A stretch of 64,000 bases of DNA. Origin: Chrysomallon squamiferum. Taxonomy: Eukaryota; Animalia; Mollusca. A program made the position numbers and the translations under genes. This document shows positions 1 to 13,820 of the stretch, piece after piece (position 1 is the stretch's first letter; every line of letters starts with the position of its first letter). Location of the stretch: NCBI GenBank assembly GCA_012295275.1, contig CM022670.1, forward strand, positions 10,540,001 to 10,604,000, read 5' to 3'. Under the pieces are notes generated by a model that saw nothing but the letters and a program-made list of their open reading frames with translations, was not told the DNA's origin and ran no database searches.

Positions 1-357
1 TAAACAGAACTCACTGAACTAAAATGTTACACCTTACATTGATTACTGAAATAAATCTTTTATTGATTACATCCATTTAAATTGTAAACTGAACTAAATG
101 TTACCTTACATTGATTACTTCCATTTAAACTGCAAACTAACAGTTAACGTATTACTTACTGCCCGCTGCTTTGAACTTTGCAGTCTGAAAAAATCGCACA
201 TATTAAAATATATTTACTTATACTGGAATACATTTTTAAAAAAAAAAAACAAATCAGTGACAAATTAGTGAAAGATTAGGTTCTAAAAAACTAACTCTTC
301 AGATAGCCAGCTGAATCTGTCCTATGTCATTAATTATTAGTTATTTTAATATGTCAC

Positions 358-1252
358 CTTAACTTTTCTTATGTTCTGTCGAAGTTCCTCCATTTTAACT
401 TCAGGGTCCTGTGTTTGGCCAGCAGGAGCATTAGCGTCAGTTCCAGATTCAGATGTCTGAAACATCATAGTTTAATCTGATATAATATTTTGTAATAATT
501 TTTATTTATTATCTGAACCTGCATATCAAAAACAAACAAAAAATAAAAATAAATAAATAACATCCATATGTGTGTATTAATATTTTTATCACTTAAATAA
601 GCTTTACGTTAAAATAAAATACAATTTAAAAAATATGATAATATTCTGCTACTATATTTTATTTTATTTTATTTTTTTCTTGTTGTTTTTTGCGGGGGTT
701 TGGGGGTGGTCAGTCTTGATTTTTTGGAGTTGTTTCTTTTTTCAGTCTTGCCAGTAATATGCATTCAAGCAAAGAAATCTTCATATGAGAAACACGGTGA
801 TCTCTGCTAAAAATGCTTAACTGGTCATCCTGAAATAATTAAACTTCCATACGTAATGATATTATACAGGACGCACATATATTTATCATTAAATTTGATT
901 CCGAATTGAGGTAATGTTCGAAAACATATACTTGCATTTCTGGGTAACCACAGGATAACTGTATATTTAATACAATTATTTAAAAATGTATAAGATGTTT
1001 TGGTTATGATTATCAGTCTGCAAAATAAATATTTTTAGAAAAGCAACAGTTATTCATAATGAAATATTGTTTAAATTATCAAAGCAAATTACGTTTAATT
1101 TATGTCAGATTTATTTATGTCAGATATATATATAAAACTATGCTATATTTTAATACCTTATTCACGTAGTTATTATAAATATCTTATTTTATTATAAAAA
1201 AATATATATTTTTTGTATTGACTTTTATTTTTTTATTATGATTATTTGTTAG

Positions 1253-1311
<59 letters not shown>

Positions 1312-2282
1312 AATTAAACGCACATGACCAATTTCTTGTTATTAAATTTCTCAAAACGTGCTAGACCAAAATTCCATCTGTTCAGTAATATATATGTCAT
1401 GTGGACTTCAAGTTTGAACGTTCCTGTCAATATACTTCATTTTCGTACAAGACGGCGGAATCGAAAATAATCATAATCTTGGCTACCGGTCAATTTATTA
1501 AAAGACCTCTAACACGAAATAACCGGTCAACACCGGATCAGTCGTCTGCTTCTGCTGTCATCGATTACTCCGCTGCACGTGATACACCGGGACGCTGGCA
1601 TTACTTTCACCCGACCTTTGACCTGCACGGGATCTTATTAATGGCATCAATTTTTGGCTGTCATCTGACTGCTGCGATAGGGTAAATATCAGATCTGTCT
1701 ATCAGACCGTACAGTGAGTGACACGTTTTTCGGTCTAAGTCGTTTTAATAAGTCTTAATATCCTCCAGATATAACTATCGCCCGCTCGTTGGCTCTGACG
1801 GACAAAATGAACGCCATTTGCCCAGAAGGAAAATGGAAATCTCGTTAGGAGCCCGTTCCGAAACTGGCATGTTCAGCACATTTATCGAATGAGCCATCTG
1901 CTGTGTTTTCTAACATTTCATGTGTTTCTTCCAGCTTTCAGATGTTCTGTCAGATTAGTCCGTTGATACCCAGTTCGATACGTAGAGCTGGAAAAGTCTG
2001 TGACAACCGTACCAGCCTTATCGTATTCTGATGTCGACTTACAGTTACAGGCAGCGGGTTCCTAACGTGGAACTGGCTCGTGTCCAGTGTTAAATATAGA
2101 TACAAAATGATGACGCATATAAAATTAAACACATATTCACCCTGTTTTATGGGAATGCAGGCACAACCATGTATAAATTCCATTCGTGTTTCTACACATT
2201 TATTAATAACCACACACTTTATGTATGATTGTTTTCAGTGCTTTTGTAACGTAGTATTTTGTCAGTTTCTTCACACACACAA

Positions 2283-2324
<42 letters not shown>

Positions 2325-2439
2325 GTCAGACTTGTAAAACAACAAATTGATTTTAAATTGTAAATCAGATTATCTTCATAACAAATTCTAAAAGTGTACA
2401 CAAACATTCGTTATGCATGTATATGTTTGTATGTATGTA

Positions 2440-2500
<61 letters not shown>

Positions 2501-3313
2501 ACTTGTATGTATTTGCATGCGTATTTAATTAGCGATTACATACATATCGCTCAAGAATTCAAATTATTTTTCCATTATAAGGCCGGATCCAAGAAAGGAC
2601 AAATCACCATCATTGTTGTGTACATAACCTTCAAGAAAATTATCAGTTTATAATGAAGACAAAATAGAAGGGCGCAACCTTACTCCATACTCAGAATCTG
2701 AACACGGTTTGCATGTTCCCTGTAATTATTATATTTCTGCCCATATGTCCATTATTATTTCATTTTATTTCCGAATATACGGGCATGCTGACTTCAAAGA
2801 CGGTGCCATTTTAAGTGCTAGTGAAAATGACTTTTTATATTGAAAAATTCATTAAGACTTCAAAAGTTATTTTTGCTTCTTAATTACTGACGAGAAGAAG
2901 AAGAAAAACAAGAAAGAAAGGCGAAAATTTGTCAATTTGTATGCAATTCTGCTGCCTGTGTCGTTCTGTTCCTTTGCTTATATTGTTATTTGCTTAAACG
3001 TGGTAGCCAATGAATATTTGTTTGTTGTTTGTTGTTTTTGTTTTTAATGGGTTTTTTGTTGTTGTTTTTGTGGGGGTTTTGTTTATTTATTTTATTTTAT
3101 TTTATTTTATTTTATTTTATTATTTTTGTTGGTGTTTTGTTTTTGTGGGGATGTCTTTCATTTATTAAATGTGTACATTGTTACTGATGACTGAATTACG
3201 ACAGTAATAACATTAATAGCACGAATTACAATAAAAAGAAAGAAATACATTCAGAAAAAATATTTCAAAACATTATAATTATAATACTGACAACAACAAC
3301 AACATCAACAACG

Positions 3314-3356
<43 letters not shown>

Positions 3357-3854
3357 TATTAATATTAATAATTTTAATAATAATAATAATAATAATTAAG
3401 GAAAAACTTAAGTTATAATAATAAAAATTAAAAAAACCCAATGAAACGACATTAAAACAAAGAAAAAGGAGGGAAGAAAGATTAGAACATGCAGGCTGTT
3501 GCATTAGATTCCGACATGTTGTTACATGCAAAACCATCTGCGTGACCTCCAGAGATGAAAGGCAACGTAATTGGTTATCTGAACGGCGATTATAATGGCA
3601 GTGTCGTTTTATGGCTTTATCCCTGTACTTGTCGACAGCAGAAGTCGTTTGTAGTACCTCAACTTCTGTCACTAATATTAAGCTGGTTAGCCTGGTAATG
3701 ACATACTGGCGTGTGTCTCGGAGACAGTCAGGGTAGAATCTGGGGTGGGTGTTTAGGTATGATGGTTTTTTTTTTGTTTTTTGTTTTGAGGTGCAAGAAA
3801 GATAACTGTTTATTGTTTTATTTGTTGCAAATAATTAGCGGTTCTATACATTAA

Positions 3855-3889
<35 letters not shown>

Positions 3890-5010
3890 TGTGATTTGCC
3901 TCAGTATTTCGTTTATCGTAATTGTTTTGTTGGGGTTTTCTTGTTGTTGTTGGTTTTTTATGCGTCTCCATGTATACGCTGGAATCAAATATCAGCGAGT
4001 GTTTTTGTGCAAAGGAATTTGGATATTTATTTTATAGCTGTCGATGTTTCTTTCTTTGTTATTTTTAGGTTTTATGATTTATTTTATTATTGTTTTACAT
4101 GATGACTGGTTTAAGGACCACAATGGAAATGACTCTTACTTTTTGAGCTATTCTTGATATTCATTCAATGTACTGGTATAATTATAATATATAACGTGTG
4201 TTTTTTTTCGTTTGTTTTATATTATACATGCTAAAAGGTTTTTTAATATTTAGTGCTGTTGAACACCTGACAGATTTATTTATTTATTGGCCTCAATATC
4301 TATCCAAAGATCAATTCAAATATCAATTCAAAAACGTAGACATGACATTAATTCAGTATGGTATTCTACTTGCCGATATCATTAATAAAAATATAAACAA
4401 AAATAAGCACATTTAAAGAAAATGGTTAAAATAAATTTGCATACCCAACATTAACATACTTATAGCATTTTTCTCCTTCTTTGTCTTATTGTTTCTCTTG
4501 TGGCAATTACTACCGAAAAAATTTGTCTCATGAAAATTAGCCTTATTTAAGAAAATTTCTTTCTAAAACTCTTTTATTGACATTTGCCGGCATCGTGCCT
4601 AAAGCATGACGTGCCTACTTCCATTCGGCAAAACGCGAAAACAACTTTTGCAACTGACCGAAAAGAAGTAAGACAGTAAATCGATTGCACGCACTCTCCT
4701 AACTAGAGTTATCTCCCTTAAGTCGAAGCGGTTGAGTTTCGCAGCGTTCTGTTCAAGAAACCGCTTGATGATTCGGGGTCGAAATCGATATCCCCGAATT
4801 AATCTCCGCGCCTCTTGGAGCAAACTCCGTATCAAATCGAGTTTGCGCCTTGGTAATTTCTCCTGATGGAATATCTGAATGTCCTGGAACCCCGGATCAT
4901 TTGGTGAGCGCGTCTGCGTAATTTCGTATCTGTCAAAGACAGGAAAGTATTAAAGGTCTGAGAAAATGTGCGCGTTAATAAAACAGGACATCAGCCATGT
5001 GGCTTTATAC

Positions 5011-5053
<43 letters not shown>

Positions 5054-5525
5054 TTACTGACTATATAGATATTAGTATATTTACACAAGTTGATGTATAT
5101 ATATTTTTTTTTTTTTTTTTTTTTACTTTATATTTGATCATAATGCATTTGTAAATTAAAATTAATATATATATAATTGTTGATTCATTTTTAGCCTTTT
5201 TCCTAGTGTATTAATCTACTTGTTTTGTTTTGTTTTTAGATTTTTTTTTTTTTTTTTTTTTTTTTTTGTGTTGTTGTTTCTGCTGTTGTTGCTATTTGTT
5301 ATCTATCCTTACTACATGAGGCAACATTAATTGTATTAACTTTGAGATCTAGAATAATAACCATGGTGTATGGAATGCAGTGTTTGTATCTTATCAGCAG
5401 ACCATTTTTCTCTAATAATGAAATATGTAATTTTATTCCGTGTGTACTTTGAACGTCCCCTTTTGTTTTACTTACAGTCTTAAAAACAATAGAGCAAGAG
5501 TCAATAAATAATTGCAAGTTTCCAT
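358..5525 (-). CDS. Secreted protein, 5' part only (continues beyond left edge); possibly an animal heme peroxidase-family pre-pro region. Exons 5525-5476, 4929-4659, possible microexon 958-932, 456-358
   Basis: Phase-compatible GT-AG exons give METCNYLLTLALLFLRL|YEITQTRSPNDPGFQDIQIFHQEKLPRRKLDLIRSLLQEARRLIRGYRFRPRIIKRFLEQNAAKLNRFDLREITLVRRVRAIDLLSYFFS|(LSCGYPEMQ)|TSESGTDANAPAGQTQDPEVKMEELRQNIRKVK. The N-terminus is a hydrophobic signal peptide. EARRLI..Y..R..IK..L...DLLSYF recalls the myeloperoxidase propeptide (EAKQLV..AY..RR.SIKQRL...ELLSYF, from memory). The gene structure is well supported; the family call is weak. Confidence 0.65.
1256..1310. repeat. (ATT)n microsatellite
   Basis: Seen directly; many more (ATT)n/(AAT)n tracts occur across the window (e.g. 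~3315, ~5010, ~13790, ~26470, ~51730, ~54420, ~61170). Confidence 0.95.
1420..2080. promoter_or_regulatory. CpG-rich intronic enhancer-like block
   Basis: GC/CpG-enriched non-coding island with a nuclear-receptor DR1 (CGACCTTTGACCT 1612-1624 = AGGTCAAAGGTCG), CACGTG (~1576), two ACCGGTCAA copies and several CTGTCA motifs; no phase-compatible exon found. Confidence 0.4.
2272..2497. repeat. (CA)n/(TA)n and (GT)n microsatellites
   Basis: Seen directly; source of the spurious CVCVCV/HTHTHT ORFs. Confidence 0.95.
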
Positions 5526-5963
5526 GCTTGTAAATTGATGAGGGTTATTTCACTTTAACGTTACTGGGGGGGGGCGGGAATGATTTACTGTCGATTTGTT
5601 ACATTATCAGACTTCATTATCAGCAAAGACTGATTTGTAGTAAAAATTTAAACAATAATTTGGATAAAATATAGCATTTAAGCAATCATTATGAAGAAGA
5701 AGAAAATAATAATAATAATAATAAAACCATTAATTGTAGACTGCTTAATTTGCAGTTGAGGATGATATCCCCGAAATCCTTTAAATGTGTGCTGTAAACA
5801 GATTTAGAAACACAAGTATCTAGTAAATGACAGCCTTGCATCTAAACATATAATTCATCGAAATAAGAAGACAGGGCTATAATTATGGCGATAGTTGTAA
5901 CTTTCAAGATGAAAATTAATGAGGTATTTGTTTTTGAGAGAAAAACATTATTCCTGGATTTAT

Positions 5964-5996
<33 letters not shown>

Positions 5997-6399
5997 CATT
6001 TATATTACTTTTTGTTGCTGTACGTTTCTGTTTCAAAATCGAATTTATAATAGTTTGCTTCAGCTTCATCTATTGATAAATGTTAGTCTACGTTAAAGAA
6101 TCATTTAATAGCCTAAGGGAAGTAACTCTTTTTAGCACGTTCTAAGACACCCTCCAAAAACGGATAATTGTTTTTACATATTCAGGGACTGAATGAAAAA
6201 AGAAAACAGCTATTATGCGTTAGAAATATTAAGCAAGAATCTGCACTTATCGCTTCGTGGGCTGTAGTATACTTTTACAGTATGATCAAATTACTAAAAG
6301 TCTGAGTTTGCATTTTAATATTTTTAATTCTCCTTCTTAATAATATTGTCATCATCAACATCAGCAGCAACTGGATTTTGTTACGGCCACTTCTCGTTG

Positions 6400-6433
<34 letters not shown>

Positions 6434-7578
6434 AATTATTATTATTATTATTACTATTATTACTTTTATTATTATTATTATTATCAGGGATTTTGTAACG
6501 GTCATTTTCTCAGGCAGCTAATAATCTTAACTATACGAGACAAATGAAATTGGGAAGATGTGTTTCAGAGAACCACAATACCGCTTTGTTTTGATTAATA
6601 ACACAAGATGCTAGAGACAGCTAACCGAGTACTCGTTTCACTGTAGAATTAAAAAGTCTCGACACTCCGGGGGGAAATAACACTGCGTCTCTATTAGTGG
6701 TAATTAGTTGCAAGATAAATAAGCGTGTCTGTTCCAGGAACGGAGAAGACAATCTGATAAAGGATTATTCTTTCGAAAACATTCTTCCCCCAGCAATAAT
6801 TAGTCGTATAAACCGCACTGAAAAGATGGAATCGAGGAATCTGCCCACTTCTCCAAGGAATGCTGAAAAGCGCTGTAATTTGCCACGACCGTTTTTGAAA
6901 TCCATTAATAAGGCTTTTTTTGTTGTTTTATGTGTGTGTGTGTGTTATGCTTCTCGCTGGTTTTAAAAAAGACAAAAGTGGATGAATACTTAAAGGATCT
7001 CGATCTATATTTGGCAGAGTAAATTATAAAAAAATATTGTCTGAATTGTGGTATAACGACATAATCAGAGGAAATACACTGATACGGTTTAATAAGGTCA
7101 TTTTCCAATCCACTCTCTAATCGACTACAATTAAGGTGTATTTACGTGATTTAAACACATTTTTCTTTCTCTCTTTTTTCTTTGCTTATTATTATTATTA
7201 TTTATTTATTTATTTCATTTTATTTTATTTTTTGTTGTTGTTGTTACCGTTTCATTTTAGGGAATTGTACACAAAACTTGATGTCTTGTCGTATAAGCGA
7301 TGTTTTTCTAGAGTTATGTTAATATTACAGACGATAATTTTTGATGAAACTGCAATATGCAAACAAGCTGCCAAATCTAAATATTCAATTGCTGTGAATT
7401 GTTGATAATAGTATGGCTATTGCAAATGAAATAGTTATGATTGTATAGTGTTACAAACCAAATGCAAAGCCAAACTGAAAAGAAATACATTTGAGAGTCG
7501 TGTCATAAATTTTACAAAAGATGATATCTTTGTTGCAATGCACGTAACTTTACAGATTATGTAAGCTTTGTTATAACG

Positions 7579-7615
<37 letters not shown>

Positions 7616-8522
7616 TTTAAAAATCATCAGCACAAAAATGAGATGAGGAAACATAGTAATTGCCATTTTACTTGTTCTCTCTAATTATCTCATAAACAAA
7701 AACCAGCTGTCATAAAAAAAAACCTTTTCATACTCGTTAAAGACTGCTTAATACAGGCTCAACGGAATTTTCTGTTCTTTCAAAACAACAAAACCGCTTT
7801 GCACACAAAAATCTCATTTTCGTAAAACATCGTCGCCATCTTAAATCGGTAGATTTTGTTTTTTTTAATTCAGAAAACATGAAATCAACTTTATTTTTTT
7901 TTTTAATTTCAGATATCTCTGTTTCGTTTCTTGCCAAATGAAATTATTAATTTCTTTATCTCGTAGTAATGACAAGATGGTGTCAAGAGAATACATGATA
8001 CATAACTGAGTTAAATACATCAAGTGTGTTATTTATCTTCAGCCTTTTGTCTCTGCTGAAATTCTCAGAGGATCGAGCTCAGGCTCGAGCTGTCGACAAA
8101 AATGTCTGATTAAATGTTAGTTTCAATACATAATACTACTTTTTAGAAGAATTTGGAGGTTGCAGAAAAAAGTTTGATTTCGCATTTGCAAATTTGTTTA
8201 ATCAAAATTAAAATACTGTTGCGTGTGTTATTTTCTTCTTCCAATTCTTTAAATTAGTGTGTGGGGTTTAATTAGTTTTTTTGTTGTTGTTCTTGTTTTG
8301 GGTTTTTTTTTTTTTTTTTTTTTTTTATTGTTCCTTTGTTGTTTCATTTAACAATTTGGATTTTTTTTTTTTTTTTTTAAATTAAGTAAAGCTAAATAAA
8401 TCAGTAACAGAAAATATAACATATATATAACTGTACTTGCTATGAAAGATTTTGGAAATAACATGGATATATATACTTAAAACAACTGTACGCATTACTA
8501 TCAAACAATATATTTATTTAAC

Positions 8523-9022
8523 CTAGCGATCGGCAACTCGAACGACAGCGCCCACCAACGGGCGTTTTACTGGATGTGGTGGGCGCTCCGTTTTTTTTTT
8601 TCAGAGCCATGCATGGGCGTCGAGTTTCACAGGAGCAACTGGTCTCGATACCAATGAGCTTACACCCAGAGAAAAAGAAATAAAATTAGGAGAAAATCGA
8701 GACTTTTGGTTTAAAACATGAACGACCACACTGAGTAGTATTAGACCCATGTGCTTATTTTTTCTTCTTGTGTGTTATAATGTGTACAATATATAAAATA
8801 ATAAACGGACAGAAAGGCAGGATTTCTGTTTCTCTTGTATCTTCGTTCAGAGTTTGAGTAGTAACAACTTTTTCACAAAACTTTAATGAATAATTAAACT
8901 TTTATTTAAACTTTAATAAATTTGTATTCATACTTAATCCGTTAATTCTAAAAGTTTGGTGGGCGTTCCATCACTACAATGTCTGAATGTGGGCGACATA
9001 TGAAAAATGGTTGCCAACCTCA
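8523..9022. mobile_element. Possible degenerate non-autonomous DNA transposon (MITE)
   Basis: GC-rich ends around an AT-rich core; weak terminal inverted match (GCGATCGGCAAC / GTTGCCAACCTC); about six subterminal GGGCG motifs; internal inverted pair AGCGCCCACCA / TGGTGGGCGCT (~8547-8587). Confidence 0.3.
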
Positions 9023-9545
9023 GATGCCGATGATCAACAAATACTCTATAACTCAGCCTTTATTGGCATTTTGTACTAACCAAGAAAAACGTTTTAAAAA
9101 TAAAATCAATATTTTTTCTAAGAGACCTTTATATATATATTTATATTAAAGATAGTGATAAATAGCCCAGAAGAAAATTAAAAATAATGATATGAAGAAA
9201 ACGCAGAAATTATTCATTTTACATAACTTTTTATTATACATTCTTAAAAATTTTAAATGTTTGTTTTAGAGTACATATATACCTGCAAACAATATGACAA
9301 CTTGAGAAATATATAAAGGCCAATTTTCTCGTTTGTATCATCAACAAGTACCACAAATATATGCACAGCACTGTAAAATCTTGCTGTACAAAACTAAGTA
9401 ACATAAAGTTCACTATAAACCTATTAGTTTTGCTGTGAGTTACGTACAGAAACAAGCGATATATTTCTATGTGAGAATTCAAATAATCAACATTTTAATA
9501 ATTAACACAGTTTTAATTATCTCTATAAAACAGACTCTAAATAGG

Positions 9546-9580
<35 letters not shown>

Positions 9581-9988
9581 TTTTATATGCCCACATATAA
9601 ACATTATAACAAGTATAAAAAATTTGTTAATTAGGATTAGAATTCAACTGTTCAATAAACTAGGATATAAAATATAAATTTCAAACATTGTTCATGGTTA
9701 TAAAAAACAATAAAGTTTAATAGCATACATATTTATCATTATGAATCCACAAAATTCAAACCAAAGATATAAGATATATATATATTTTTTTATCAACTGC
9801 AACAGATTGGATCAAAATATTTGAAACAAAACAGTTCTGACTGACACTTTTCTAAAATATAAAATTTCTGAAAATAACAAAGTAAAAGTTAATTAAAATA
9901 AAGATAAAAGTTTGATGTAGTTATTACATCATTTGCGTAGACTGGTCATTAACACAGGACAGCTGCCATAAAAAATAATTACGCTAAT

Positions 9989-10410
9989 CAGGAAACAGGC
10001 TAATCATGAGAGAGGCTAATCATGAGAGAGGAGAGATCCCACGATCTACTGTTCTTCAGAAAGCCTTTCATGTACCAACAGTGAGACTGGTTAGAGCAGC
10101 AAACCACCTAATCATTACAGCAGAGGAGAGAGATTCCAAGATTTAATGTATTTCAGAAAGAATTTTGATATATAAAATATGGGGCATTGGTTGGAACAGG
10201 AAACAGGCTCAACATTATGTCAGGGAGGAGAGATCTCATGGTTTACAGCTCTTCAGAAAGCCTACTGATTTGCCAAATTTGGGGAAATTGCAGTTACCTT
10301 ATCCCTGTGACCAGCATCATTAATATGCAGTCTAGATTCATGTCTAAGATATTCTACCAGTTCCTTCTACACATGATTCTGTCAAATCTCTCCTCTTAAT
10401 CTGCTGTAGT
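9989..10410. repeat. Degenerate ~100-bp tandem repeat (3 copies) plus a partial inverted copy, downstream of TPMT
   Basis: Units start at 9989, 10097 and 10197 and share CAGGAAACAGGCT..CAT..GAGGAGAGAT..TTCAGAAAG; inverted fragment AATCTCTCCTC..CTGCTGTA at ~10385-10410. Confidence 0.7.
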
Positions 10411-10804
10411 TTTAACTGTAAAACCATCTTTACAAATTACAGTTTATATAATGAATGGTTTTGCAGTTTGTTTGTGTTTCCGTTCTGCTTTTGTAGCATC
10501 AGACACTAATAAAAAGATCATTCATTTTAAAAGAAACAAATCTGATGAAAAAAAAAAAAAAAAAAAGAAGCTAATTTCTTATTTAAACACATTAATATTC
10601 AATTTAAAATGTTTTTGTGCTTGATTCAAAAAACAGTACGCTGATTAAAATAACTGAGTATTTGTAGATCTAAAATAATATCCTCTATAATGCTAAGATA
10701 TATCTGCATTAATGAATATATTTTAAAACTCTGATAAAATCCAGAAAACAGTCAGTTACTGTTATGTTATGTGAACTGCAACCATTGTTCTCTTGATTTA
10801 AACA

Positions 10805-11806
10805 TCACTTGGCATTACTATCCTTATTAAAAGTGATGAGAAATACATTTTCAAAAAAGGATGTGGTACCCCAGGCTCTGTGACGTTCTTCAAAGGAATC
10901 AACTGTACACAGTTTTTCTATAGAGCATGTGTCCTCTGAAATAAAAATAAAAAAATAAATAAAACTGTAGTAAAGAAAACTCATTGCAAAACTGATTAAC
11001 CACACAATAACCGAACTTTTCACATTGTTCTTCCACTGCAGTATAATCTAAAAGCACCTTAAGCATGTGATCAAATGATTCCTAGGTGTGCTATAATCCA
11101 TAATGATTTCTAAATTTTCTGCAACTTCCAAAGAATCTGATTTTGATAGATGACACTTGAAAATCTTTATTTTCTCAGAAATTAAAGAATGGATATATTG
11201 TAGTTGTGTTGTTGATAATCAGTAAAGTCAAGCAGAAATTCACAATATTTATAATATTTGTATAGATCAACATACATAATTATAGATACATTCTCCAAAA
11301 CTGAGGCTGGAAGATAATTATATAGATGAATTGGGGATCATATTAAAATAAGATAACATTATATATATATATATATATATTAATATATAGAGAAAGAGAG
11401 AGAGTCAAAAATAAAAATTCTACACCAATCATGTATTTAAATAAAAATAAAAATTTCTTAAATAAAACTTTTATGGCTATAACACAATGTGATAGTAACT
11501 ATTAATCAAATCTTTACCATAGAGATCAAAAACTTCTTTGTCTGGTACAATATGAGGAGGACCTGAAAGAAGAAAAAAAGAAGAAGAAATGAACAGTACT
11601 AAATTTAATTAATATACTGAACAATTTCAAGTAATTTTCAGGTTCATAGTTACTTTTGGTTTAAATTATTTTATTTCTTTTAATTTAATTTAATTTCTTC
11701 TAATTTAATTTAATTTAATTTTATTTTATTTTATTTTATTTTATTTTATTTTATTTTATTTTATTGTTTTGTTTTGTTTTGTTTTGTTTTGTTTTGTTTT
11801 GTTTTG

Positions 11807-11837
<31 letters not shown>

Positions 11838-13788
11838 GTTTTGTTTTGTTTTGTTTTGTTTTGTTTTGTTTTGTTTTATTTTATTTTATTTTTTTTTTTT
11901 TTTTTTTTTTTGCTGAATATTTTGATATAAATAAAATAGTTCTGAAGTTAACCATTATTCAAGCTTTATGTGAATACCTGGCCAACTAGATGCATCAAAT
12001 GTCAGGGTACACACCAAACAGCGACAACCAGGAGCCATTAAAGATTTTATCAGTTCAGAATACCTGTGACAAGTGATAATACATTAATTGTGTATATTCA
12101 TAATAAGACATACAAGTACATACTAGCATAACAGGACATTCTATGTCACAAATAAAGCTGATGTAGCATTAATGCTTTTTATAAAATATTTCAATAGTTC
12201 TGATTAAACAATAAGAAGATGTGGCTAAATAATTTCTTTCTGTGAAAAGTTATCATACATCAGTTCATGTCAGGATTTACCTGTCGTTAATAAAGGTAAG
12301 ATAACAATGAGAATTTCTGTTTAATGACATGTTTTACATTAAAGATTTCAGCTGTAACAATAACATATCAATATCCTTGAGTCAAAACAGATATTTTCCC
12401 AACATCTTCTCAATCAGATTAAGTCAAATAAATGGAGTCCATGGTCATTTCTACAGTTTGCAAAATTATTTATAAGCAAACTCAAAATCTTTCACAACAG
12501 ACATGAATATTCTAGAGATATCTGTTGGGGGAAAATTTTATAAATTACAATTATAAAAAAAATCATCAAACTAAAAACACTGAAACATGTTGAATTCATT
12601 GGTTTTTGGAAACTTTAGTTAGTCTAGTAATTAAACATGGATACTCATCAAATAAATTCAGAATGGTATATTTGTGTTTTAATTAAGTGTGTTTACAAAC
12701 CGTGGTCTGTCATGTACATTTATAGCAACCAAAGATCCTCGATCCCAAATAGCATCAAACTGCCCTGCAACATCTCTGTAACAGATACAAAAATTGCCAC
12801 TAAAATATGTAGATATATATTTACTTTAGTAAATAAAACTTTTGAAATCAGCATTAAAAAGTTTCAAAATTAATATTCATTTTGTTTTTATTATTATGAT
12901 TAGCCTTAATACTGAGGTTTAATTCTGTTCAAAATATGGATACAGCAATTAAGTGATTGGTTTGTAAAAGTGTGTAGTGATCACTGAAGTTCACACTGTA
13001 AATCACAATTTGAAAATGAACAAATACTTGATGATTATTATTACAAAGCAATATTTATTAACAATATATAATAAGTCTGCCGTTTTCATTATAAAAACAG
13101 AAAACAATGAAAATGAAGCAGATTAAATATTAGATAACTTACTTGTTAAACAGAAAGAAATCACATTCAAATATCTGAATCCTGTTATCAGCACTCTATA
13201 AAATAAAATAACAAAAATAAATTTATAAGATGGACACAAAACTTTACATTAAACTGTATTGCAAATATTATAAATTTATGGCCATCTTTATATTTTCATT
13301 TTTGTACATATTTAAAATGATTATTTCAAGTGAACTTGGTAACATCAGAAATCTATTACAGATATAGAATTATAATAGTGGCAGTCTAGACTTCATAAAT
13401 GGGTTTAAATTAGATGCTTCCTGTGTCAAGACTAATTTCAATAAAATAGTTATAATGTGACAGGCAGCAAATACTGTTATAAGAAATCTGTAAAAATTAT
13501 TATTGTTACATACTTCATGAAATAATTATTTCAGTTACCCATAAATTCTTTAAAATAAATATATAAAACTGTGAAAAATACTGAGTCTCAAAAATATTAT
13601 TTTAATAAGAAATATTTCAAAATCGTCAACAAGAAATAATTATTTAAAAATATTTTATCAGAACATTTAATGAATGCAAAAAAAATAAATTGTTACCACA
13701 TACCCTGAAACATACTATTAACAAAATTTATTCATTATAAAATATTTTGTATTAAAATAAAATAATAATAATGCCTGCTTCAAAACAC

Positions 13789-13820
<32 letters not shown>

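Noticed and set aside
3265-3750. 135-aa minus ORF as an extra exon of the left gene
   Set aside because: No convincing phase-0 acceptor/donor pair, and the ORF runs into (ATT)n; more likely regulatory or repeat-derived.
8040-8100. Exon-like GC patch on the minus strand (acceptor gtcgacag)
   Set aside because: No canonical donor and no connection to a reading frame; at most a non-coding exon.
10705-10807. Selenocysteine or readthrough at the TPMT TGA (followed by TGT and ~30 open codons)
   Set aside because: The stop lies where TPMT homologues end and I could not see a convincing SECIS; a SECISearch run would settle it.
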